64,000 nucleotides of DNA, taken from Octopus sinensis (lineage: Eukaryota). The position numbers were made by a program, and so were the translations under genes. The notes beneath the pieces are model-generated. The model did no database searches and was not told the origin of the DNA. It saw only the letters and a program-made list of their open reading frames with translations. This document shows positions 26,203-39,650 of the stretch, one piece after another. Every line of letters begins with the position of its first letter. Within the stretch, counting starts at the first letter, position 1. The stretch spans positions 94,922,001-94,986,000 of the forward strand of contig NC_043004.1 in the NCBI RefSeq assembly GCF_006345805.1. The letters are read 5' to 3'.

Positions 26203-26273
<71 letters not shown>

Positions 26274-26929
26274 TATTATTATTATCATTATTCCTTATTA
26301 TATTTTTCCTTTTGTTTTTAGTGAGTTGTTTTTTTTTACAACTTACTATACACCATAGTTTTCTTTTCTGTCTTTACTTATTATCATTTTATCCAATTAA
26401 TCACCTTTTCTTTCAACATCTAAAAATGTTCCCTTTCAAGAAGATTACTTCTGTAATTAAAGAGGATTTTATTTTATTTTTTATTTGATATGTTTTTCGT
26501 TTGTTTTGCTTTTTTTTGTGAGGGAGGTATTCTAACTCCATCCACCTCCACTTCATTCCTCACTCTCGGTCACTTGACATATTGATAAATTATCGTTTTA
26601 GTCTAAATACCGGTTTTTGTATTGCTGCCATAGTTAGCTGGACACTCTCTTTTTCCCCACCAATGAACGCCACTCTTTAACTGATGTATAACACTGAAGT
26701 GCTTCAAAGCAGTTCTTTATTTTGTAAACTAAATAGTTGCAAATACGTTGTCTGTGGATAGGGCAGTTTAGGCACCACATGATGTATGCAAGTAGCAAAT
26801 CGACAGAATTAGGAGACTCATGCTGTGGTATTTGGTCTGACTCTCCGCACACGGAGTTTGCTTCATGTTGTTGTTAGTTTTGCATTTCATCTTTTGGGAG
26901 TTGATAACGAGGATCACAAGGTACCAATC

Positions 26930-27289
26930 CAGAGCGGTGGATGACAAGTGACTAAGACTTCTGGTGAATTTCAGTGCTTGAGAAGATACATCAAGCTAAG
27001 TGAAATTGTGATCGTGGCCAGTGCCAGTGAAACATAAAAGGTACCTGTGCCAATGACGTGTAAAAGACACACCTGCTGGTGATACGGTAAAGGCACCCGT
27101 ACTGGTGAAATGTAAAAGACAGCCAGTACAATCTGTAGAGTGGTTGACATTAGGAAGGGCATCAGGCCAAAACAGACTGGAGTCTGGTGCGGCTCTGTGG
27201 CTTACCATCTCCTGTCAAACCGTCTAACTCATGCCAGTATGGAAAACGGACATTAAACGGTGGTGATGATGATGATGATGATGATGATG
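26930..27289 (+). mobile_element. RTE-type LINE 3' end/UTR ending in a (GAT)n tail
   Basis: gtgcttgagaaga..gtggttgacattaggaagggcatc..ctcctgtcaaaccgtctaactcatgccagtatggaaaacggacattaaac followed by (gat)n; pieces recur at 11.9 and 55.1 kb. Confidence 0.65.
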
Positions 27290-28656
27290 TATCAACCTTA
27301 CACTAGATACCTTGTGACATTTGCTCCAATTCTGCCTCCTGAGTTCAAGTACTACTATAGTCTTGTTGGGTGGTAGACTTAATCCACAGTCCAGTTTTGC
27401 CTCTAACATGTAGCTCTAATGACTTTAGCGGAATCCAGTCTTGCAATCTATTGGACCTGTTCTCTGGTGTGGGATATCTTCATAACTCACTTATGCCATA
27501 AGTTTTGGAGGCATTGTTAAAGGAAATATGTGCATCTTCACATTTGACTGACAGATGGATAAAGAAAGAGAGATGATAACAATAGTTGAGTAGAGATGTT
27601 AAATGAGTTGAGCAGAGATGATAGGTATCAAACTTAAAATTGTGGCCACATATTGTCAGCTGAAATTGATTATTGCAAAGGGATTTGTAAAGTTGTGGAA
27701 ATAAATGATGAAGTAGGAAATAAATGATGAAGTAGGAATAAATGATGGAGCAGTATAGCAGATGATATCAACCTGAGGACTTGACTTCATATCTCTTTTC
27801 ATATTGTTGTTATAGTCAGCTTAGTACCCACTGAATCACAGGTACTCAGCCCTGATGAATAAAATATTTGGTTTAGATTATTATATATTTATATTAGAAA
27901 CTACCATTATTATAGGTTAATTATTCATTAAATCATACATCTGACATTACTGAGCCAATGCGGGAGCTTCTGTGTAGTTATTTGACTTGCAATAAACAGC
28001 AACCAAATCCTCTTAAATCAAACCCTACTGTCGTAATAGCAGGAAAAGCATATTGGATTATGAAATGTTACAGTCACCATCTCTGAAGAATACGAAAAGA
28101 ATATGAGGTAATCAACGATGTGGCTTCAACAAAGATACTATTCCTGTTAGAAAGCGCAAATCTTCAAATCACATTACTGAGTTAAAACCAAAGGGATTAT
28201 TGCATAATATAATTTCTTATTCGCTGTTCAATGCCAAATAAAGATATTAAAAAGGAAGTGAAGAAAAGAAAGCATATAATCACAACTGTAAGTCTTAGAC
28301 AATAGATGTCAAGTAATATATGTATGCGACCATATTTAGTCTTGCTATAAATATTGATCTAGTCTAAATCAAAGAACAGCAGTGTATGATTACTATTTCA
28401 AATATACCTTAGATTTTACTTTAGATCAATATAATCAAGTTTAGAGCAGACATGATGATGAACTTAAGAAGTTTCTGCAAAATTAAATAGATTTGAGTTC
28501 AGTCATATAATGGGGAAACTTTTGTATCCTTACCAAATTTGGGGGGCGGGGGCTTTTGTATAGTTTCCCTGCAATACTGAAACATTCAGTTTTGCCTGAG
28601 CTGGATTATAGTCTACAGTATCCAGATGTATTAGAGTTGTAACTTCTGCAGACAAA

Positions 28657-28962
28657 CTGGCACTTCGTCGGTTACGATGACGAGGGTCCTAGTTGATCTG
28701 ATCAACAGAACAGCCTGCTCATGAAATCAATGCGCATGTGTCTGAGAACTCCACAAACACGTGTCCCCTTAATATAATTCTGAGGGAGAGTCACCATGAC
28801 ACAGAGTGTGACAACATTGGCCGTTTGAAATACAGGTACAACTCATTTTTGCCTGCTGATTGGACTGGACCAACGTGAAATAAAGTATCTTGCTCAAGAG
28901 AATTCAACTCCTGATCTTACGATTGTGACCCGAATACACTACCCTAACCACTAAGCCACGCG
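28657..28962 (-). mobile_element. SINE family C (tRNA head, CORE-like segment, long tail), diverged
   Basis: Reverse complement reads gcgcgtggcttagtggttaggg..ttgagcaagatactttatttcacgttggtccagtcc..; homologous to 57336-57896. Confidence 0.7.
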
Positions 28963-29468
28963 CGTTCACAACGTCTGCATGTAGGACCATTAAAACAAGA
29001 TTGAGAACGATGTCCTCCTGTTAGTTATTTACAAATTGCTGTAAACTAAGGCAGTCAGTGTGTTGTTGTCTATGAATACCATCAATGTCTGTCATAGGGT
29101 TATCAATGTAGTTGTAACAGCGCATATTGAAGTCTCCTACAAACATAAAATACCGTGCAGTGAAGTCATTGTGAGCATGCTTGAGCAGAGATAATCCTGA
29201 AGATCATTTTTACTACGAGATAATCTGCAGATGAATCTGATAGGAAAGATGGTGATGATGATGATGATGAGGAGGAGGGGGAGGATGGTGATGATGACAA
29301 TGGTAATGATGCCGAGCATTCCCATTAATAATCGTTTGTGAGAGTCAAGTTATTTGATCAATTAGTTTAACTGTTTATGGTATTAACATGTAAGTGGCTG
29401 AGTATCCACACGTAAAATAAACATGATCATTGTCACGAGGTTAGATTTTTGAATTTTCATATAATATA

Positions 29469-29771
29469 CTAGCAGTATCGCCCGGCGTTGCTCGGGTTTG
29501 TAAGGGAAATAACTATATAAGCATTTTTAGAGAGTTACTTCCCTTATATAATAGCAAAAAAAATGCATTAAAAATGGAAAAAATGTCGGTAAATTTTTTT
29601 TTAAATCGTAGACTCATCGTAGACGCGCACTAATACCCAGAAGGGCTCGATATGAATCCCGACTATAAGATACCCGCTTTTGGTTAAACTGCACTGCAAA
29701 ATGTGGGAGTAGTTAGGAATCTAAATCGTAGGAGACAGACACTCACACAACTTCGCTTTTATATATAAAGA
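29469..29771 (-). mobile_element. Non-autonomous Helitron with intact termini
   Basis: Minus strand: A|TCTTTATATATAAAAG ... cccgagc-aac-gccggg hairpin, 8 nt, CTAG|T. It sits between A and T with no TSD. Confidence 0.85.
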
Positions 29772-29796
29772 TTATATTGTATTATATTATATTATA

Positions 29797-29960
29797 AGGT
29801 GGCGAGTTGGCAGAATTATTGCGCCAGACAACATGCTTAGTGGCATTTGATTGCTCTTTACATTCTGAATTCAAATTCCACTGAGGTCGACTTTACATTT
29901 TATCATATTGGGATCGATAAAACAAGTACCAGTTGATCACAAAGGTTGGTGTAATCTACT
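29797..29960 (+). mobile_element. SINE family A-related, old copy
   Basis: aggtggcgagttggcagaat..gaattcaaattccactgaggtcgactttac..gatcgataaaacaagtaccagttg. Confidence 0.7.
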
Positions 29961-30305
29961 TTGATACCATTCTATTGTGTCCTTTCAGCCTAATAGATTT
30001 ACGGTGAAAAGAGGAAACGCTTCTAATTCCACCCAACTTTTGTTTCTCTTTGTTTTGTTTTTTCCATTTTCCGCTTTTTCAAACTTCCACCTTTTACATC
30101 TACATCCCTCTCGCCTTTTCTCCTTTTTTCTGTCATCCTATTGTCCTGTTTTGGGCTTGTTATGCCATGTGGGCTCAGCCTGAGGATTGCGCTAGAGTAC
30201 CAGTCTTGTTTTAATATGCAGTCTGGGCTGCTTTCATCGCATGAAACTAATAGCTCATAAAATCATATATTGTGTTTATAAAAATGATATGTATATATAT
30301 ATAAA

Positions 30306-30570
30306 GAGATAGTGGTGTTATCGAGACCTAGAGGTGTCAGGTAATGCTGAATAAGTGCTATAGACAGACCATAGTTAAGTTCCAGATTCGGTAATTTTGC
30401 GAATAAAGGGTACAATGTTGGTTCTATGTCAGCGTGTGTATATAAGAATGTTTTACGTAATGAGATAAAAAAAACCAAGGCTGTGTAGATATTAGAACAT
30501 TTATAGATAGAACGTCTTACAGCTGTTTCCAGGGTATTCATTAATTATATCCATTCATCGGAGACGGTGT
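30306..30570 (-). mobile_element. Dispersed repeat carrying a hammerhead-like motif (PLE terminal-repeat-like); partial second copy at 42420-42620
   Basis: ggtgtcaggtaatgctgaataagtgctatagaca.accatagttaagtt.cagattcgg..gcgaataaaggg..ctatgtcagcgtgtgtatata occurs at both loci. Confidence 0.65.
30513..30566 (-). ncRNA. Type I hammerhead-ribozyme-like motif
   Basis: Minus strand: CGTCT-CCGATGA-atGGATATaattaatgaATACCctg-GAA-ACAGCTGT-A-AGACG. Stem I is a perfect 5 bp, stem III is palindromic and the cleavage triplet is GUA; the core has U4->C and stem II is imperfect. Confidence 0.6.
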
Positions 30571-31447
30571 GAGAGGATGATTAAGTCATAGTTAGTTTAG
30601 ATGTGATATAAAATAGAGAGATATACATGTATGTATGTATATATATAACGCATTTTAAACTTTGTTTTATATAATGAGACATGTATATGTATGTATGTAT
30701 GTATTTATGTATAACACATTTTTAACTTTGTCTTATATAATGAGACATGTATACAAGAAACTCTATATACATGCATACGTATATAGAAAATATTTTAGTA
30801 GGGAAACAGTCATGATCTTTCTTTCTTGGCCTGACTGCCGACCGTCCACACCTCTTATGTCCATCTCCTATGTTCCAGCCTTTAACCGTTCACTTCATAT
30901 ACGCCAGCTCAATTTGATTCGGTCTCAGTCGAAAGACACCTGTTGTTATTTTCTTGTTTGTATTCCTAATTGTGCACCATGTTCTCCATTTACCGTCTTT
31001 TTGTTTACCATGTTCTCCGTGTTTTATCTTTGTTGCCGTACACATTCGCTAGCTTTCTTACAAAGAGATCTAATGGTCTTAGACTCTTTTTTTTTTTGGG
31101 GGGGGGGGCAACCAATTCAGATGACGACTAGTGAATTGATACTTCAGAGTTACTGTCAAACATTCTACCTTACAAAATTGGTAAGTACAGTACTGTACTA
31201 AAAAGATATGAGTGCGCCTCCAATTTAATGTCCAACCGCTCATATATATATATGCCCCAGCAATGGCGGTGCCCCAGCATGACCACAGCTCATGAGCTGA
31301 AACTAGATAAAATTAAAAAAAACAAAAAAACAAGTGTGTGTGCACGCATGTACAAGCATATATACAGCATATTTTTGTATGAATTTCTAGCTGTATCCTT
31401 TGCAGTAATTTAATTCCAGCATTTCTTGTTGAATTATCATTATTATT

Positions 31448-31524
<77 letters not shown>

Positions 31525-32173
31525 TGTTGTGATGCGATGGGGCTTCTATCAGAGTTGATAGAACTTTTCATTTGTTCTTTTGCTGGCTTCTGTCATTGGA
31601 ATGAAATCACACTATGTTACAACCTTCAAAGAGTTTTAGTCAATTTTATCGACCTCACTATTTTGTCTGTTAATTATTTTGTCAACCACATAAGGTGAAA
31701 CAATGAATCCAACCAGACTATAAAGTGCTGTAACCAAGGGTATCCAGATACCTCTAGGTATGTTTGTGCACTTAATAATCCTTTCTTCCCACGCTGATAT
31801 ATATGCATGTATACATATTACACACGCACATACGTACATGCAAACACACATACACACACTTATATATGTATATGAATGAGTGAGTGGAGAAACGAAATTG
31901 GTGCGCTCCATGAAGATGGAGTTATGTCTATTTAATAATTCTGTATTTATTTAATAACTGTTTGACTTAGCTCCACATTACTTTATGTTTCGTTGACGTA
32001 GAACATATCCGCTACGTCAATTGTTTGGAAACACGGTGAAGAAAAATTCAAATTGAAAATAAATTGCTTCTAGGTGCAAGTATTTAGGCATCCAATGGTC
32101 AGGTCAGGTCAGGTCATGAGGTTGATTCGTTATTATAACAGCATCAGTTCTTTCTTATTAGAAGCTCTACATT

Positions 32174-32552
32174 AACCACCCACATGGTTCCGGGTTCAGT
32201 CCCACTGCGTGGCATCTTGGGCAAGTGTCTTCTGCTATAGCCCCGGGCCGACCAATGCCTTGTGAGTGGATTTGGTAGACGGAAACTGAAAGAAGCCTGT
32301 CGTTTATATGTATATATATATGTATATATGTGTATGTGTGTGTGTGTGTTTGTCCCCCTAGCATTGCTTGACAACCGATGCTGGTGAGTTTACGTCCCCG
32401 TCACTTAGCGGTTCGGCAAAAGAGACCGATAGAATAAGTACTGGGCTTACAAAGAATAAGTCCCGGGGTCGATTTGCTCGACTAAAGGCGGTGCTCCAGC
32501 ATGGCCGCAGTCAAATGACTGAAACATGTAAAAGAGTAAAAAGAGTAAAGAG
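32174..32552 (+). mobile_element. SINE family B (5'-truncated)
   Basis: Near-consensus family B sequence ending in gtaaaagagtaaaagag. Confidence 0.9.
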
Positions 32553-32899
32553 TATTATAAAGCAGACTCGGAGTTTCTGTCACTAAACAGTATTCTACAG
32601 GGAGTAATATTTCAGTGAGATCAGTTTTTACATTGGGTGCGATACATAGTAGAGCACACGAGATTTTGGTGTTACTGATTCGGTAATTGTTTACCTTACA
32701 ATAGTAACTACGTGGGGAGATCACTGATTTGATGTTATCGGGTTACATATAAATTCGTGCGACGTGTTTGACTGATAGTCGGCTGTAATCTTTAAGGAAA
32801 GTAGATATTACATACCCTGGCATTGAGCGTGGGCCAGCTAAGACTAAGCTGGTGTAACTAATATATCAGGTGTTAGTAGTTTGATGTTTATTACCAGGG

Positions 32900-34070
32900 A
32901 GTACCTCTGGTGATAAAACTAACACAGGAAAGTTTCCCATTACATGCTCGAGGAGAATATGCACATTTTCATGGAGATAGGGGCTGGCAATTACGAGCTT
33001 TGTGGGGAGTAAAAAAGGTGCCCTGTGAAGGATGTTTCATGTGATGTTGGAGGGAGCCGTGTCGATGGTCCAAAATCTTCAGATTAACGAGACGTAAAAG
33101 TAGAGTTTTTCATATATCTATATCTGAAGTAGTGCATAAGCTATGTCTATCTTCCCTTAAAATCATTTGTTTTCACGCCCAAGTATTTTTCTTAGGATAC
33201 CAGTAGATGATGTGAGAGTGACTCTATAGACCCCAGTCTTTGAGAAACACGATCTTTCCACTGTGCAGGCTTTTGGAAGCTACATGTCAAAGTTTTTTTT
33301 TCTGCTGTAGCAAACCTTGACGTCTGGGATTATATGTATGGGTTCTAGGGGAATACTTTTTAATCAGTTTGTGGAAGCTTCTAACTATATCAGTCGTAAC
33401 AACTATATTGACTACTGGACGATTAATCCTGATTATCTTTCTGCTTCTAATTCTCTTCAGATTTGGATGTGGGAGGGGAGATCATCTGCGCATAGTAACT
33501 TATTAGTAAAACCACTTCCCTCTTGTGCCTCTTTACAATGGAGTGTGACTCTATTAAAGATCTCACTCACCCTCTCTCTGTCTTCTATTTGAGTGGAAGC
33601 TCTTATGCAGACACTGATTACAGCTGAAGAGGACTGTCTATAAATCTAAAATAGTTTCTCGTTGGGCTTTCCATAGGAGTAGTATTTGTAATCGCACGAG
33701 TCTAGAATTTTCTACGGTGTCAGCCTTTGTTGAATTGATGCTAACAAGGTAAGTATCCCAATGAGGTCAGCAGTTTCTGCCCCGTCATAGGTCCTCATAG
33801 AGTGTCAAATCGTAAGGTCTCTTGTTTTTATCTGATAGGAATTACTATAAAACAGGAGTGACATTGATATTGAAGGTTAGGTATCCAAGATGACTAAATT
33901 AGTGAAATTGGAGGTTATTCTATCCTTGGTGCCGTAGAACCAGTTCTTTACAGTTATGTCGCAATCCATGTGAGTCAACTCTGCAGCCTTTCCACTACGT
34001 GGGTTAACTGATATCAAGAATACACTTACTTACAATCTCTATTACACTGTTGGAGTGACTGATTAGTACC
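32900..34070 (-). pseudogene. Highly decayed Penelope-like RT (same type as the 22.4-23.5 kb remnant)
   Basis: Minus strand: ISHSNSVIEIVSKCILDI, VKNWFYGTKD..LDT*PSIS, and YDGAETADLIGILTL (33775-33789 and flanks; cf. MGSYDGAEVCELVG of this PLE type). Many stops and frameshifts. Confidence 0.6.
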
Positions 34071-34101
34071 ATCGCAGTGTACTGCAGAAGAAACTTACCC
34101 A

Positions 34102-34519
34102 TAGGCGTAGGCGTGGTTGTGTGAATAGGTGCAGGCGTTACTGTGTGGTAAGAAGCCTGCTTCCCAACCACAAGGTTCCGAGTTCAGTCTCACTGCGTGG
34201 AACATTGGGCTAGTGCCTTCTACTATAGCCTCGAGCTGACCAAAGCCTTGTGAGTGGATTTGGTAGATGGAAAGTGAAAGAAGACCGTCGTATGTGTGTG
34301 TGCCTTTGTGTCTGTCTTTGTGCCCCTACCATTCCTTGAAAACCAGTGTTGGTGCGTCAATGTCCCCGTTAACTTAGTGGTTCGGCAATAGGGAATGATA
34401 GAATAAGTACTTACAAAAAATAAGTCCTGAGATCGATTTGTTCGACTGAAACCGTTTAAGGCGGTGCTCCAGCATAGCCGCAGTCAAATGACTGAAACAA
34501 GTAAAAGAATAAAAGAATA
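34102..34519 (+). mobile_element. SINE family B with a duplicated 5' start
   Basis: aggcgtaggcgtggttgtgtg followed by aggtgcaggcgttactgtgtggtaag, then the full body and tail. Confidence 0.85.
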
Positions 34520-34685
34520 TGTTGCGCAATGGAGTCAAACCTAGAAATATATATGAGCCAACTCCTTAACCCTACGCCCTTACTTGCACTATACTTTTCA
34601 GTTATCTTTTATTAATGTTGTATGAGTAAAGTAATCGCTTGGGATTTGATCTCATTATGCCAATTAATATACGTCTTGTAAATGA

Positions 34686-35000
34686 ATGCGCATGGCTCAG
34701 AACATCGGGCTCATAATCATGAGGTAGTGAGTTCGATTCCTGGACCGAGCTGTGTGTTGTGTTCTCGAGTAAGACTATTTATTTCACGTTGCTCCAGTTC
34801 ACTCAGCTGTAGAAATGAGTTACGTCGTTACTGGTGCCAAGCTGTATCGGCCCCTTTGCCTTTTCTTTGGACAACATCGGCGGCGTGGAGAGAGAAGGCT
34901 GGTATGCATGGGCGACTGCTGGCCTTCCTGCTCGGACTTGTTCCTTGAGGGGGAACTTTCTAGGTGCAATCTCATTCTCATTCATGACCGAACGGTGTCA
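34686..35000 (+). mobile_element. tRNA/CORE-type SINE (family C head, different tail)
   Basis: atcatgaggtagtgagttcgattcc (B box)..gagtaagact..tttatttcacgttgctccagttcactcagctg. Confidence 0.7.
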
Positions 35001-35538
35001 TGTAAGTAAAAATTTGATAGACGGAAAATGTGTGGAAACCCAATGAAGGGAGCTTTCCTGTCCTTGGATGGTAGAATAATCTGCTGCTCAGTTTAAATAC
35101 CACCATCTGGTCTTTGGTTGCTTTAATGGTGCCCCTCTGTGTCAAACAGTCGGGCGAAGTTTCTGGTTTGAGGAAAACTTCCTTCTATGAGTCACAAAGG
35201 CCATTCCTCTTCCCATTAAAAATAATGCCATTTCAGTATATATACTTTATGGTCTGAACAATAGCTAGTAGTTTTCTCATTTTATGTTCAACATTAACAA
35301 AAATATCACGACAAACCACAACTGTAATTATAACCCCATAAATCTTCTTAATCAATGGGGTGATAATCACCATCACAATAACCACCACAAACACTACTAC
35401 CATCTCCACCACTAATAATGGTTTTAGCCTTACCATCGTTGACACAGCTACCAGCATTACCACCACTACTACGTCTGAAATTACTAGTTCTCCTCCTACT
35501 AGTATCACCATCACTGCCACAATAAACACCATCACCAA

Positions 35539-35925
35539 GGCGGCGAGCTGGTAGAAACGTTAGCACGTCGGGCGAAATGCGTAGCCGTATTTCGTCTGCC
35601 GTTACGTTCTGAGTTCAAATTCCGCCGAGGTCGACTTTGCCTTTCATCCTTTCGGGGTCGATAAATTAAGTACCAGTTACGCACTGGAGTCGATGTAATC
35701 GACTTAATTCGTTTGTCTGCCCTTGTTTGTCCTCTCTGTGTTTAACCCCTTGTGGGTAGTAAAGAAATAGGTATTTCGTCTGCCGCTACGTTCTGAATTC
35801 AAATTCCGCCGAGGCCGACTTTGCCTTTCATTATTTCGGGGTCGATAAATTAATTACCAGTTGCGTACTGGGGTCGATCTAATCGACTGGACTCCTCCCT
35901 AAAAATTCCGGGGTTTTGTGCTCTT
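35539..35925 (+). mobile_element. SINE family A full unit plus a head-less second unit
   Basis: Unit 1 ends aaagaaata (35769); unit 2 restarts at ggtatttcgtctgccg (35770) and ends in the alternative tail. Confidence 0.9.
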
Positions 35926-36189
35926 AATTAGCATTGACCTAAACACTACCACTAATGGCAACAAAAATAGCAATAGCAGTAATGAGCCAATTAAGGAACT
36001 GCACTGTGATTTGTTAAAACTACAAGTAACAGCATTGCCATTGTAAACCTTGATATACTTAGCCCGAGAAAACCGGTAAAGAACCTTCCCAGTCAAAGCT
36101 GATCTTGGGCTAAATAACATCAACAGCAGTACTAGCAACACCTTGTGAAATAACCAGTGTTAACAATACCACAAGAAGAACAAAAACAT

Positions 36190-36655
36190 AAATATTGACT
36201 TCAAATTTTGGCATAAGGTCTGCAAGTTTGGGGGAGTGGATAAAGCAATTACATCAACTCCAGTATGCAATTGGTACCCATTTTATTGACCCAAAAAGGG
36301 TGAAAGGCAAAGTCAACCTCAGTAGAATTTGAACTCGTCACATAAAGATGGACAAAATGTCGCTGAGCATTTTGCTTGACATGTTAATGGTTCAGTCAGC
36401 TTGCCACCTTACCACAAATGAAAATATTGGTATAAAATTTTGGCACAAGGCCAGCAATTTTAGGGAAGGGTGTAAGTCAATTACATTGACCCCAGTACTT
36501 ATTACATTGACCCTCTGGTACTTATTTTATTGGCCTCAAACGAATGAAAGATAAAATTGATCTTGCTGGGATTTGAACTCAGAATATGAAGATGGGCAAA
36601 AGGCTGCAAAGCATTTTGCCTGGCGCGCTAACGATTCTGCCAGCTTGATGCCTTA
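36190..36655 (-). mobile_element. Two old family A-related SINE copies in tandem
   Basis: Reverse-complement heads lie at ~36410 and ~36655 (aaggcatcaagctggcagaatcgttagc); both carry the gagttcaaat B box. Confidence 0.65.
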
Positions 36656-36684
36656 CCACAAACAAAAGGATTTATAACAAAATA

Positions 36685-37251
36685 TTGGGTTGTCCGGAAA
36701 GTTCGTGCCGATTTTTACAGGAAAGAAAAAGGTCAATAAATACTTGCCATTACATTTTTAATCAACCAAATACGAACCATTTTGTTGCACAATGCGTCTC
36801 CATCTTTCCTTTAACTTGAAAATACCCTCTTCCCAGAATTGAGGTGGTTTCATGGCAAATAATTCATCAAGGTATCTTTTTACGTAATCCAAGGAATTGA
36901 AATTTTTACCTTTAAAGCTATTCTGCAGAGACCTGAATAAGTGGAAATCCGAAGGAGCAATATCTGGGGAATATGGTGGGTGGGGGTAACACATCCCAGC
37001 CGAGCTGCAGCAATTTTTGTCTGGTTCCCAAAGCATCAAGTGTCGAAAATGAACTTTTTTATCTTCCATTTTAAAGGGTTACAAAATTAACACAGGTTAT
37101 AGGAACATAAACCTTCTTCCACGAAAAGATAGTTTAAGCTGTGCTCTAAATGGAGGTGTAGTCACATCCTATTTTATGGATTCAACCATGTTCTAAAATA
37201 AGTCGAAAGTTAAGCTACTATAAATTGGCATGAACTTTCCGGACAACCCAA
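36685..37251 (-). mobile_element. Internally deleted mariner (DD34D) element, 567 bp, both TIRs present
   Basis: TIRs TA|TTGGGTTGTCCGGAAAGTTC and GAACTTTCCGGACAACCCAA. ORF 36758-37069 joins the N-terminal MEDKKVHFRHLMLWE to the C-terminal HPPYSPDIAPSDFHLFRSLQN..LKERWRRIVQQNGSY. Confidence 0.92.
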
Positions 37252-37799
37252 TTGTACAAATGAAGGAACTGCATAAAATAGCAGCTAAATATCCTTTAAA
37301 TCAATCTATATTCTTTTTGAAAAGTAAAAAGATATATTCGGCAATGTAAATCTTGATATGTGACAAACAAAATTTTAAATGAGGTGGTCACAATTGGAAT
37401 AATTTTGATCTTAAGTTTCTTTGTTTAAAATTGACCTGAAGTTAAGCAACAGTAGCAGCAATTTTCACAGCTGCAACTGCAGCAGCAACAATAATGACAT
37501 CACCGTAAACAACAGCAACAACAACAGAAATAACAACAACAAAAACCACATTGACAAACAAATATAAATAACAAGAACAGAAATAGCATCAACACCATCA
37601 GCCGCCTCCTCTTCTACCTCCTCCTCATCATCATCATCAGTAGCAGAACCGCCATCTCTTTCTCGACCTCCACCAACTACTAATGTTGCTACAACATGTA
37701 CCATGTACTTATTAAATTAAACTGCTCTGAGAAAGATCTCAATGAGTGATCTCACAGCAAAAACTGAAAAAACATTGATAAACTAAGTTGGAAAACTAA

Positions 37800-38219
37800 T
37801 AATAGCTACAACAACTACAACAACAACTACAACTGCAAGAACAACAACAAAACAAAAAACAACAGCAACAGCAGCAGCAGCTGCAACAACAACAATGACA
37901 GTAATAATTATAACAGTAGCAAAATACTACTTATATTACTACTACCAGTCAAAAGAAGAAGAAGAAGAAGGAGAAGAAGAAGAAGAAGAAGAAGAAGAAG
38001 AAGAAGAAGAAGAAGAAGGAGAAGAAGAAGAAGAAGAAGAAGAAGAGAAGGAGAAGAAGAAGAAGAAGAAGAAGAAGAAGAAGAAGAAGAAGAAGAAGGA
38101 CCACAACAACAATAACAACAGCAGCAGCAGGAACAGCAGGAACAGCAACAAAATACAAATAGAGAAGTAACAAACTGCGAACAACATTGAAGTAACAAAA
38201 ATAATAAAATAATGGAAGC

Positions 38220-38258
<39 letters not shown>

Positions 38259-38262
38259 GATG

Positions 38263-38298
<36 letters not shown>

Positions 38299-38315
38299 GT
38301 AATAATAATGATAAT
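37800..38315. repeat. Compound (CAA)n/(CAG)n/(GAA)n/(AAT)n array
   Basis: Directly visible; source of the poly-E/K/N ORFs. Confidence 0.95.
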
Positions 38316-38505
38316 GATACGCAAAAGAAAACTTTTAATGTTGGTCGTTGGAAAAGATGCAAGAAAAAGAAAAAGGAAAAAATAACGATGATATCATAGC
38401 TAAACGAACGTATCAGATTTAATTAGGGAGAAAATTGTGGCCGGAGCTCAACCTAAATTGGTGGTGTGTAATCTTTACATACTGATACATACATACATAC
38501 ATACA

Positions 38506-38537
<32 letters not shown>

Positions 38538-38549
38538 ATATATAATATT

Positions 38550-38595
<46 letters not shown>

Positions 38596-39054
38596 ATATA
38601 TACATACATACATATATAAACCCAACACACATTCATATATAAGGAAGTGCTAATTCGCATACACGAATATATATTTCAACATACATGTGTTTAGCGTGTG
38701 TGTGCGTGCGTGTGTGTGCGTGTGTGTGCGTGTGTGTTTGTGTGTGTATGCGCCAGTGTGTGTGTGTTTGTGTGTGTGTGTGCATATCAAGATCGAACGA
38801 GGAAAACCATAGCAAAACTTTTAATGTCTGCCTGTACACTCAAAGTTTCTTGTGCTTTATATGTTTGTGGGAGTGTGTATGTATGTATGTATACATGTAT
38901 ATGTGTGTATGAGTGACTGCGTGTGTGTGTGTATAAATAGAATGTTTTTACTATATACACATGACTGTACACACGGGTAGATTTAATTAAGTGCCAAATA
39001 TAAATTAGTTGTAAATTCTGCATGTGATGTAAACAACCAAACGCTTGACTCTCT

Positions 39055-39133
<79 letters not shown>

Positions 39134-39427
39134 TTAGATATATATATACATATATATATCTTTGTATGTATATATATTTTTTGTCATCATGATCGTGATC
39201 ATCACAATCACCATCATTGTCGTCGTCATCATCATCATCATCATCATCATCAACATCGTCATCATTGTCATCACTTTATCTTCTTCATTCACATGATTCA
39301 GGTATTGCTCCTGTCATCATACACAACCAGATGGAATATACTCGTTCATACAATGTGGAGAAGGAAAACATACAGCAAATAATATATATATAGAAATACT
39401 GGATCAATGAAATTGTTCGCTTATATA

Positions 39428-39472
<45 letters not shown>

Positions 39473-39474
39473 GG

Positions 39475-39650
39475 GAGAGTTTACGAAAAAAAAACAAAAG
39501 ACGAAGATAGGTGGTGTACAAAACAAACAGATGTATTAGTATAACGCTCAGGAATAGAACAAGTCTTTTACGTTTTGAGCCTACGCTCTGCTACAGAAAG
39601 GGACACAGAAAAAACAAGGAGAGAAAAAATATTTGTGTAGTGGCTAACGA
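39475..39650 (-). mobile_element. PLE-type terminal repeat remnant with a decayed hammerhead-like motif (39565-39600)
   Basis: Homologous to 6925-7082; minus strand CTTT-CTGTAGC-A-GAGC(gtag)GCTC-AAAA-CGT-A-AAAG. Confidence 0.55.

Noticed and set aside
28530-28645. Possible 111-nt minus-strand exon (EVTTLIHLDTVDYNPAQAK..)
   Set aside because: The acceptor abuts a SINE tail with almost no pyrimidine tract, and the sequence resembles decayed repeat tails nearby.
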